Assembly: GCA_951406725.2 (NCBI GenBank)
Contig: OX597819.1
Coordinates: 56,482,001-56,546,000, forward strand
Direction: 5' to 3'
DNA length: 64,000 nt
Origin: Octopus vulgaris
Lineage: Eukaryota
This document shows, one piece after another, positions 52,972-64,000 of the stretch. A program made the position numbers and the translations under genes. How positions within the stretch are numbered: position 1 is the stretch's first letter; each line of letters begins with the position of its first letter. The notes beneath the pieces are model-generated. The model did not search any database, was not told where the DNA came from, and saw only the letters and a program-made list of their open reading frames with translations.

Positions 52972-52975
<4 letters not shown>
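51260..52975 (+). mobile_element. G/T-skewed non-coding element with internal repeats and 3' hammerhead, bounded by (TA)n
   Basis: Block A occurs three times (about 51360, 51760, 52028) and block B twice (about 51552, 52247). No ORF. It ends hammerhead, then TAGTGGTTTTGTCTCTAAT, then (TA)n. Confidence 0.7.
52841..52883 (+). ncRNA. Minimal type I hammerhead ribozyme, intact core
   Basis: CCAC-CTGAAGA-TTGTC-GATCAA-GACAA-GAAA-CGATTG-TA-GTGG. GUA triplet with predicted cleavage after 52879. ACGATTGT is self-complementary with G.U pairs. Confidence 0.88.
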
Positions 52976-53008
<33 letters not shown>

Positions 53009-54373
53009 AGGAACACACAGATACACACATACATGCAAACATAGAAAATCTCACACATATATGTTGATTCAAAAGAGTATAGGAGTGTGGTTAAAATGTT
53101 CGTTTTGCAATCTTTTATTTCTGGTTTCAATTCCAGATTTTAGTAATTTGGATTAGTGTTTTCCTTATAGCATCGGATTGTCCAATAGGTTTTGAGTAGT
53201 ATTTTGAATATGGAAACCATTCTGAACGCGTCGTATGAGTGTATCCAGGCACTCGCGAGACTATAGAACTGCAATGGAAATATTCTCTTAAACGCACAGC
53301 CCTAGGAAACGTATGTTGTAATGGAAGGCCAACAGTTCCTCGTATATAAGAGTCTTCGTTCTATTCGACAAAATGGTTGTCCAACAGAAAAAAATAAAAG
53401 AACATTTCCCATACACCTTAGCAGTAGTTTTGTCGCAAGTTGTTTTGCTTCAGAATACAAAAAAAGTGGTGCATGACATCTTGTTTAACGCTGTAACTGT
53501 TACTCTCTCCTTAAAGACGAAAGCAATGTTGATTCGGGCAGGATCTGAATAGTGGATCAGTGCTCAAATACATAAAGCATCTTATTCAAAGTTTTAGCGA
53601 TTCCACCAATGTACAAAACGTTCTGCCATGTACATCGGAGGAAGATATAAGTATCAAGGATAAAACTATTATAACACAAACTCAGTTGTAATAAAATTTT
53701 ATCAGAGATTCTTGTCACTCTCTCCATAGTAAACTCAGTGATCCAGCGGTTAGCATACTGAACTTATATACAGATAATATTCACAAAGGACAAAAAGAAT
53801 ATATAATTACTAAATGTTTATTGTTAAGTTTTCGGAGCAATATTTCATTCACTTGAAACAATAATTTCACATTCGCGCCTTATTCATATTCTTTTACAGT
53901 GAATAATTCCAGCAATTTTTTGTTTGATAGGCAGCTAATTGACTTGCATATCGGTGACATACAGACACCGATTCAATCGACTTTAAACCCACAAGAGTAA
54001 ACAGATAAATTCAATACGGTATGTGACTTAAAAGGACAATATATTTCCAATAATTATCGCAAGATTTGATCAATATTGCTTGTATGTGTTCACAAAAAGC
54101 CACGCTGGTTTACAGTAATTAGATCCACCATCGTAAACAGTTCAAAGTTGAGGGCAACTTTGGCTCCCTTTCTTACGAGGTCACTAAAACACCAGTCAAA
54201 TACAGTGAAAATATTAAATCGATTCTTCTCTCTTCCCAAATATATATACTTGTGTCGTTGTTCATAAAAAAATCAGTTTTACATGTTTACGTAAGTTTAG
54301 TTTTCTGATAGACATTTATACAAAATTATATAGGAAGATATGTATATATACCAATGCCTGTGTCTCTATCTCG

Positions 54374-54426
<53 letters not shown>

Positions 54427-54983
54427 TATGTATAGTTAGGTTATACTTTTGTTAAGTACGTAGTAAAGCACAGTCTAAAGCTCGTCCACCTTCAAATTTC
54501 ACCCGGTGCTATCCAGCTGTGGTACTATACGTACTGCCAGATCTGCGTTGAAGTTTCTGTAGTGTGTGAATGGATAATTGAATAAGTTGGGTTCAACAAG
54601 AAGGAGTACAGTTGGACGAATGAATGTCGGTAGTTAGGTAAGTATATACAAATACATATAGATACACACACATACACACACACACAAACATATACTCACG
54701 TGAAGACGTGGTAACGTCATGCCTAGTGCTTAGGCTATTATTCTCGAACCGGGTAATGCATTGCTCTTCATTTCATGTTGCACTGTGACTAGGTCGATAT
54801 CTAACGTAGTGCACACTCGTGCACCTGTACAGGTAAAGTCGATTTGATAGTGGAAGTGAACTAATGTACAGTGTATAACATTTCATAACTGTAAACGAAT
54901 CACTTGTGTAGGTTCTTCAACAAGAATTTGCTGAGCGCCCTCATCTGCTGTTTATGACCGGAGAATTCACCACATATACCTAC

Positions 54984-55034
<51 letters not shown>

Positions 55035-55972
55035 TATACATACAAATACACACAGAGATACACGCATACACGCGCGCAAATACACGTAAAATGCTCAGTA
55101 TCACCGTAAACACTGTGACCGACCAGGCTCTCAGATGTTGCTACACATCGCTTTTCACAATGCGCTTCGCATTGTTTTAGCCTTTAAATGACCAACAGAA
55201 GAAAGAATGAGAGAAAGTTGTGGCGAAAGAGTACAGCAGGGATCGCCACACCCCATTGCCGGAGCCTCGTTGTGCTTTAGGCGTTTTCGCTCAATATACA
55301 CTCACAACGCTCGGTCTGGGAATCGAAACCACGATCCTACAACCGCGTTTCCGCTTCCCTAACAACTGGGCCATTGCATCTCCAAAATGCTCAATATAAG
55401 TATGTATAAATGAATGAACATTGACTGAGTTGAAGACACGCACTGTGCCGTGCGGCGGGACTGAACCTGCAACTATTGGATGCAAAGCGAGTATCTTTAC
55501 CACAGTACTGCACCTGCACCTATAACATAATATAATGTAGTATAGTAAACTATACTATAATATAATGTAACATAATACAATATAATGTAATATAATATCA
55601 ACAATTGAAAAAAAAATATAAGCAAAGTAGCAATTCTCCGAACCTTGTCAACACGACCTCGATTCAAATACAACTTAAAGCACATCACAAGTTATATGTC
55701 ATCGAATTACGTAATTTCAGTAAATTATATGGTACGCGCAATAACTGGCTTGTTAGCCTCTTGTTGTAGAAGATTGCACATAATTTCAATTTCCAGTTTC
55801 TATTTTGTCACCATTTGCATTCAGTGAAGCTTATGCGCATCTCATTTTGTTTTTGCAGTTTCACTTTGTTATCTGAATTAACTGAAAAAAAAATACAAAG
55901 ATAATATAAATAATTCATAGAAATCATTACATACTTGCAGACGGTTATACAGCCACTTGTACATATGCATAA

Positions 55973-56022
<50 letters not shown>

Positions 56023-56212
56023 TATACTTACATACATGTGTATGTGTACATATAGGCAATATATATAAGTATGCATTCGTACATACATGCATACATAGAT
56101 ACACACAGATATAGACACATAAATATGTATATATGTATGCATATCTCCATAAATATATACGTACAATAATTTATTTGCAAACAAGTGCCAGGCATTTATA
56201 TCCGCGCGTGCC

Positions 56213-56830
<618 letters not shown>

Positions 56831-56971
56831 TGTAGAAGTGCCGTTTACAAACGCGTTTTTGAATGTGGTATTCTACAATGATGTGGACTTCACCAGCCTA
56901 AATTAGTAACTGTCACCGAGGGATAGCAAATTTGAAAGCAATATAACGTTTTGAAGTGGCAGCTCCTAATA

Positions 56972-57006
<35 letters not shown>

Positions 57007-57412
57007 TTCGTATGTATACGTACACAGATGTGCTTTCATATATACACACAAGCGCGCACACGCATGCTCACAGAAACACACATACACACGCGCGCGCGCG
57101 CACACACACATACACGCGCCTCGCCCCACACATATTGATTTCGCCTAGGCAGAGTGATATTAATAATCTGGTGACACAAGTCAATATACATTACATCGTA
57201 TTTCAGAAACAGTTATAAGCTAATGAAGTTGGTTATGTAACTTCTGTTCCTGTGTCATTTATTAAATTCCATATATATATACGTGTACATACATACATAC
57301 ATACACATACACACACATACATACGTACGTGTGTACGTGCATGTGTGTGTGTGAGTGTGTGTGCGAGTGTGTGTGCTTGCGTTAGTATATATATATAAAA
57401 AAAATATGTGTA

Positions 57413-57590
57413 TGGCGCAGGAGTGGCGCTGTGTTAAGTAGCTTGCTTACGAACCACATGGTTCCGGGTTCAGTCCCACTGCGTGGCACCTTGGGCAAGT
57501 GTCTTATACTATAGCCGACAAAAGCCTTTTGAGCCGACAAAAGCCTTTTGAGTGGATTTGGTAGACGGAAACTGAAAGAACCCCGTCGTA

Positions 57591-57630
<40 letters not shown>

Positions 57631-57891
57631 GTGTGTGTGTGTGTGTGTGTATGTGTGTGTGTGCGTGTGCGTGTGTTTGTGTGTCTGTGTTTGTTCCCCC
57701 AACATCACTGACAACCGATGCTGGTGTGTTTGCATCCTCGCAACTTAGCGGATCGGCAAAAGAGGCCGATAACATAAGTACTAGGCTTACAAAGAATAAG
57801 TCCTGGGGTCGATTTGCTCGACTAAAGACAGTGCTCTAGCATGGCCGCAGTCAAATGACTGAAACAAGTAAAAGAGTAAAAGAATAAAAGA
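57413..57891 (+). mobile_element. SINE family B, full length (used as reference copy)
   Basis: GGCGCAGGAGTGG...AAGTAGCTTGCTTACGAACCACATGGTTCCGGGTTCAGTCCC head, internal (TA)(TG) tract and (TAAAAGAG)n tail. Confidence 0.92.
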
Positions 57892-57995
57892 GCGTGTATA
57901 CATACACATATTGTAAAGTGAAACCAAACATGAAAACACAATCTATATATACACACTATTTATCATTTATCACACTCTTTCTTACACTCTCTGCG

Positions 57996-59300
57996 TAGGG
58001 TGTCATATAAACATATTGAATTACTATAAAATCATTGTTTATGAAATTCCATTTCATTCTAAAATTTAACAGAATCTATAGACAGAATTAATTTTTTAAT
58101 GAGCATCATTTTTATCAAATTGATGACCGTTCCCATTAAGATACTAGTGATAACTCGAAGTAATGGAATCACAAACATCAAGAATCAACTATTTCAATAT
58201 GTGTGTATATTCTCGTTTAATGGCCATCTTCAATTCGTGGACTGTTGCCAGTTTTGTAACGTTAATGTTATGCTTTGTGTAACTCCATTATAATAAGCTG
58301 TACCATGCGGCAACTCTTGTTAAATTAATATGATGTTTCTTCGCCATATACAGGATTTCTTCCCAGTATGTGCAGTTATAGCAGTTAATAAAACCATTTA
58401 ATTTAATTACCTATAAAAGTATTGTCGGAACGTGTGTATCTTCTATACGTCTTGTCAAGTGCCACTCGCAAATCATTTACATTTCGGTGTATATCAGGTC
58501 GTTGATAACTATTCCTAGAATGTAACATTGTCAATGAAAGCGCTTCAGAAGTCAATGGATGCTTGTTTTCCACATTTGCTTTCCAAGCGAATTTTCTTGA
58601 AAGCTGTCAATAGATTTCTTTTACACATTCTTATTTCTTTATTGCTCATAAAGGGGCTAAATATAGAGTGAACAAACAAGGACAGACAAAGGCATTAAAT
58701 CGATTACATCGACCCCAGTGTGCAACTTGTAGTTAATTTATCGACCCCGAAAGGATGAAAGGCAAAGTCGACCTCGGCGGAATTTGAACTCAGAACGTAA
58801 CGGCAGAAGAAATACCTATTTCTTTACTACCCACAAGGGGCTAAACACAGAGGAGACAAACAAGGAGAGACAGACGGATTGAGTCGATTATATCGACCCC
58901 AGTGCGTAACTGGTACTTAATTTATCGACACCGAAAGGATGAAAGGCAAAGTCGACCTCAGCGAAATTTGAACTCAGAACGTAACGGCAGACGAAATACC
59001 GCAAAGCATTTCGCTCGGCGTGCTGACGTTTCTGCCAGCTCGTATTCTTGTTTAGTGAGCCTTGTCGATGTCCGCGGTCTAACTGGAGTTTTTTTTTATC
59101 TTTCCATGGATATTCTGAAAATTTCCATTTGCTTCATATTTATCTTCACTTCGAGTGGTGTATATCGCGTATGTGAATCGTTTGGGAACTTCCTTATAAT
59201 CACGACTTCGACAGCGTCCTCAAACTTTCAGCGACTCTTCTGGAAAAGTTTCCTTCGTTCAACGGTTAATCTGACTTTCTTCCTTAATTATTTCTAAAGG
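57996..59300 (-). mobile_element. Decayed Tc1/mariner-superfamily transposon interrupted by a SINE dimer
   Basis: N-terminus RLTVERRKL..KFEDAVEV..DKYEANG..VRPRTST and C-terminus TKLATVHELKMAIKRE..VCDSI..NGHQF; TAGGGTGTC TIR-like end. Confidence 0.6.
58632..59041 (-). mobile_element. SINE family A tandem dimer
   Basis: Two cores; ATTCTT(A/G)TTT on both flanks as a probable TSD. Confidence 0.9.
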
Positions 59301-59389
59301 GTTAAATCTAAAATGAACTTTAAGTAATTTGTCAGCTGATACATCTGTGTCAGAAAGCGTATGCGCGATGGTGCGCGTGTGCGCATGTG

Positions 59390-59437
59390 TGTATGTATAC
59401 ATATATGTATATTTATATATATATATATGTAGATATG

Positions 59438-59514
<77 letters not shown>

Positions 59515-59706
59515 AATCAAAATAAGCAACAAGGATATCCAAGATAGAGTAGTACAATTGTTTCATGCTACTTCAGTTTATTAAACTCTGTAATCACCCC
59601 ATTTGATTTATATGGATAATACCATACAAAATTCTGGTGCCTTTAACTTAAGTACCATATTCATCTGAATCTAAATTTTGCTGAACTTATATATATATAT
59701 ACATAA

Positions 59707-59752
<46 letters not shown>

Positions 59753-59978
59753 CATATATACACATGCATATATGTATATACATGTATATATATATATACA
59801 TGTATATATATATATATACATGTATATACATATATGTATGTGTATATATGTATGTATATATATATATACATATATATATATACACACACATAATATATAC
59901 ATATATACACATACATATATATATACATACATATATATACATGGATATATATATATACATATATATACATAGATAGAT

Positions 59979-60039
<61 letters not shown>
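59390..60039. repeat. (TA)n/(TACA)n/(CA)n microsatellite region
   Basis: Direct reading. Confidence 0.95.
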
Positions 60040-60041
<2 letters not shown>

Positions 60042-60078
60042 TGCAAGTGTGGCTGTGTGGAAAGTAGCTCCCTAACCA
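60040..60078 (+). mobile_element. Interrupted SINE family B head (insertion target)
   Basis: GGTGCAAGTGTGGCTGTGTGGAAAGTAGCTCCCTAACCA aligns with the first ~40 nt of the 57413 copy and then stops. Confidence 0.75.
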
Positions 60079-60119
60079 CTGAACTGTTCAGACGTGTTTT
60101 TTTGCTGCTCCAGATGCCA

Positions 60120-60510
60120 CGTGTTTCAGCGTGAATTGTTGAACTTTTGACTCGACTAAAGGTAGGAATTTTGTATTCTTGTGGGCGAAGTGAAGTTTTA
60201 TTACTTGCATTAATGTTTTTTAGCATTAAATATTTTTTAGCAAATAATAAGGCTCCACTTTGCTCCAGATATAATTTTTCTGCCTGTGTCGAGCGGAAAG
60301 AAAATTGTATTGATGTCGCGTTGTTTCAACGTGAAATATTGAACGTTCGAATCGACTAAAGGTGGGAATTTTGTATTTTTGCGAGCGGAGTGAAGTTTTA
60401 TTACTTGCATGAATGTTTTTTTAGCATTTAATATTTTTAGCAGATAATAAGGCTCCACTTTGCTCCGGATATAATTTTTCTGCCTGTGTCGAGTGAAAAG
60501 AAATTGTATT
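60120..60510 (+). repeat. Two ~200-bp 5' UTR monomers
   Basis: CGACTAAAGGT at 60153 and 60353; AATAATAAGGCTCCACTTTGCTCC block duplicated. Confidence 0.92.
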
Positions 60511-60836
60511 TTTGAAGCGGCATAGTCCGTCTGAAAAAATTATTGTTGAAATTGTCGTTGTGTTGTCCACGGATTACCAAGGATTATTTACCAAGGGTTT
60601 TACCAACAGTGCATTTGGCCTGGATTACAATTTTTGGCCGAAGAAGTGGAAAAAAAAAAAAAAAGAACTGAATTCCTTTGTCTGAATTGAACTCTCTTTC
60701 TCTGTCTACTATTTATTTGTAAAAACTTTTTTGAACTGCCATTTTCAATTTTATTTCTTCCCTTCTGTTGCATTTTTTCATTCTCCTTTCTGTGGCTAAT
60801 TTTAGTTTATCATTTTGAACTGTTGTATTTTACGTT

Positions 60837-62089
60837 ATGGCACAGGCAAAGAAATTCAATGTGTGGGAGTTAACACCTCCCAAAAAATATTTGCACGAAC
60901 TCGAGGAAAGAACCGTGGTGCTGAGGACATATTCAAAGTCACTCGACACCATAATGGTTTTTCCGAGAGACACCATTGTGAACGAGCTGGCAGACTATAT
61001 GCCAGCCGTTAAACATATTCAACGGGGAGTCAAATACGCAACGGTATGGTTGCTATTTGACTCCGCTGAAGCAGCTTGCAAATTTGCAAGCCAGCCCATT
61101 GAGGGCGATGAGATTCTGTTTCTCCCCAGTTACAAGGGGGAAAAATTGTTACGTTTGTGGGTCTGTGGCCTGCCGCCCGGCTTTGAGCCCGAGTGGGTGG
61201 AAGATTCCATCCGCCGGGGTCTGAGCGGTGGTGGCGCCAAGGTCCTGAATGTGAAAATGCAGCCTGCGGCTAACTGGGAAGCAGGAAAGGCTACTTTGAC
61301 TCTGTGGACCCAGCAGCCAAGAGTCTGGTTTTGCCGGACTTCCTGAAGATGGCCGGGTCCAAGTATCCGGTGATGCTGAGGGACGCGCCCCCAAGTGTCA
61401 CCTGTGTTCGGAGCCTGGACATATTAAGAAGAAGTGTCCCGGGGGCCGTGGTGCCGCCCCGGAACATGAAAAGGAAAAGGTGCCCGCCGTCCCCTCATTG
61501 GAGGGGGAGACGTGAAAGTCGTGGAGGAGGTTGCCTCCACGAAAAGAAAGAGGCTGGCGAGCAACAACGGTTGCCCACCAAAGAACGCTCAGGGGGCGGA
61601 GGGGGATAGCATTCCCCCGTGTCTGGTGACGGAGTCCCCTGGGTTAGCAGTCTCCCCCAAAAGAAGGAGGAGAAAAAGGAGAGGTCGGACGTCTGACGTT
61701 TCTGTGTCTCCGACGGAACCGCGGGTGGGATGTGTGCCACCCGCGGACAAGGCTCCGTCAGTAGGAAGTGTGCTACTGACGGATCAGTGTGAGGTCCCTT
61801 CCTGTGAAGAGGAGTTATTTCTCCTCCTTTACCACAAGGGAGGGAAGGTGGAAAAGTTTTTAAATGGCTTGGGTGACCGAGAACGCAAGGACACGGTCGG
61901 CTCAAGGAGTCCGTTATGGCCTCCGCGGGTAGCTGCGGAGGTAGTAACGGAAGATATTTGACAAGGGTCGCAGAGACCTTTCAGAGGAAAGATTTTACTT
62001 TTCTCTTTGCAGGCCTCGACTTGTCGTCGCAGAGTTGTCTGCAGGCGGCAAGACAATTTGCTTCGGGGACCTGACGGGGAGAATTGTTA
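60837..62089 (+). pseudogene. Gag-like ORF1 with CCHC zinc knuckle, several frameshifts
   Basis: RRM-like N-terminus (RTVVLRTY..VWLLFDSAEAA..LWVCGLPP), KCHLCSEPGHIKKKC, and a basic KRRRRKRR stretch. Confidence 0.85.
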
Positions 62090-62374
62090 AACACTTTTTG
62101 AACATTTTGAACATTTTTAAACATGTTGAAGAGGAGGTTTATTACCTCCTCTGAAAAAATGTAATTTGAACATTCTGAACATTTTTGAACATTTACTAAA
62201 TGTATTCATTGAACATTGTCTTAGAGAAGCGGGGGTCGGCGGGCGCTTTCGTCTTCTCCCATCACCATCTTCATTCCATCACCATCATTCATTAATGTCT
62301 ATGTCCAGCCCGTAGCTACTATCTGTGTACTGCCCTTGTGGCAAATTAAATGAAATAAAGTAGCTTGCTAACCA

Positions 62375-64000
62375 GACATGCGCAGTTAGTCGGTTGCTTC
62401 TTGTTGAGCTCGAGCGGACGTGAGTAACAAGCTCTGTCCAACTAAAGAAAAAAGACCAAAAACGGAAAGTTGTCGAGGTAAGTGATTTTGTTTATTGTGA
62501 GTTGGGCATAATTTATTGCGTGCCAATTATTATTTCAGTAGGTTGTGTCCAACTCTGAGACAATTTCGCCTTCGCTGGGCGGCTGCCGTTTTTGTGTTCA
62601 TTGAAAAAAAAGAAAAAACAGTGGAGGGGCGTATACTCAGGATTCAATACAGTTACTGTTAAAATTACCGTTGGCAGTAACCAGTGCTGTGTTTGAGTTT
62701 GCTGAATTTATTCCCTTGTCAGAGTACTTCGCAAGAAAAGTATAAAAATAAGCCACTATTGGATTACCTTTCGGACCCATTTTTGTGGAGGTTGTGTTGC
62801 AGTTGCGGCGTTCCAGGTTCAACCCAGGCCGGGAGTACCGCAGAATATTTTTGCTGTGTTTTTTCTGTTTATTAACTTTCTTTTGAACTTCATTTACCCC
62901 CCCCCTTTTGTTTTTTCTTTATTGCGACTTTCCGTTAATTTCTTCCCTTCTGTTGTGCTTTCTCCTTTTTGTTTTTTCAAAAATCTATCAAATTTATTTA
63001 GACTTTTGAACTTTTTTCTTCCTGCTTTTGAGTCTAATTTGAATATATTTTTTAAAAAACATGGCAATGAAAAATAACAAAGTTTTGGAGTGGGAAATCA
63101 TACCACCCAAAAAGTGGTTGAAGGACCGTGAAGATAGGACGGTGGTGTTGAGAACCTACTCCAAGGCACTTGACACCATCGCCCTATTCGAAAAGACGGC
63201 AATTGAGGAGGAGTTGGAGGAGTATTTGCCAACAATTAAATTCATTTCCAGGGGTGTCAAATATGGAACGGTGTGGTTGCTGTTTGACACACCTGAAGAG
63301 GCTTGCAAATTTGCTAGCGAACCCTTGGAGGGTAAGGAAATCTTATTCCTGCCCACTTACAAAAAAAGAAATTAATGAAAGCTTGGATCTGCGGACTGCC
63401 ACCCGACATAGAACCCGAGTGGATAGAGGAGACTATCCGCCGGGGTCTGGGTGACAGCGAAACTAAGCTCCTCAATGTAAAAGTTCTTCCTGCGGCTGCT
63501 TGGGTTGGCTCGAAAGCAGTTTTGACCCTGTGGACCCAATCAGCCAATCTGGTTTTTCCAGATTTTTTGAAAATGGCCGGGTGCAGGTACCCGGTGATGC
63601 TTGAGGGTCGCCCCCCTAAGTGTCATCGGTGCTTGGAGTCCGGCCACATAAAGAAGAACTGTCCTCGGGAACAAAATAGGATCCCGGAACAGTTAAGTAA
63701 AACCCCTCTAGAAGAGGGAACGATAACGGCCGAGAAAGCAGAGGATTCCTCAAGCAGAGGCCGAAAGAGGAAGGTGAGCAACAATGGGTGCTCACCAAAG
63801 GATAATAGGGATGAGGAGAGGAGGGCGAATCTTCCAGCCACGGAGGAGACGCACCCTCCCTCAGTTGAAAAGGGAAAAAAAAAGAAAAAGAGGAAGAAAA
63901 ACGGGACGTTGCCGGCTGTCAGTGTGGCACCGGAATGTCGCGGAACTACGTCGGTTGGGGTTGTGCCACCGACAAGAGAAGGAATACCGTTGGCGGAAAC
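62375..64000 (+). mobile_element. Second related Tx1/L1-type element, truncated by window end
   Basis: Begins immediately after the duplicated target. Its 5' UTR differs from element 1, starting CATGCGCAGTTAGTC...CGGACGTG (Inr/DPE-like). ORF1 is homologous to element 1. Confidence 0.82.
63061..64000 (+). CDS. ORF1 zinc-knuckle nucleic-acid-binding protein; one frameshift in the A-run near 63361-63372
   Basis: MAMKNNKVLEWEIIPPKK..RTVVLRTYSK..RGVKYGTVWLLFD, then in another frame AWICGLPPDIEPEW..LEGRPPKCHRCLESGHIKKNC, open to the window end. Confidence 0.8.

Larger units (their letters stand above)
60079..62356 (+). mobile_element. ORF1-only non-autonomous Tx1/L1-type retroelement (HAL1-like architecture)
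   Basis: 5' UTR with 200-bp tandem monomers, ORF1 from 60837, a short 3' UTR ending TGCCCTTGTGGCAAATTAAATGAAAT, and no ORF2. Flanked by AAAGTAGCT(CC/TG)CTAACCA at 60061-78 and 62357-74. Confidence 0.8.

Noticed and set aside
54563-54643. Plus-strand exon between TTTCTGTAG and GTAAGT
   Set aside because: Stops in all three frames; at most a non-coding exon, and unsupported.

Overview
This is AT-rich eukaryotic intergenic or intronic DNA, not prokaryotic. It is most likely octopus or another coleoid cephalopod, judged from memory of the SINE families and not verified. It is packed with (TA)n/(CA)n/(CTAT)n microsatellites, at least three tRNA-derived SINE families, Tc1/mariner remnants and MITEs, and decayed LINEs (RTE, Tx1/L1, R4-like, CR1/Jockey-like). 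No intact host gene is confidently visible, and nearly all ORFs in the supplied track are microsatellite translations. Three signals stand out. (1) About ten type I hammerhead-ribozyme motifs occur, two with intact cores (36956-37015, 52841-52883). They are carried by Penelope-like fragments and by protein-free structured elements sitting in (TA)n tracts. (2) Two Tx1-type elements with zinc-knuckle ORF1 are stacked head-to-tail at a duplicated 18-bp site in a SINE head; the complete one has no ORF2, and its 3' tail motif is shared with the main SINE family. (3) A 350-bp near-perfect palindrome lies at 7388-7737. All folding and alignment was done by eye, and element boundaries are approximate unless TIR or TSD coordinates are given.
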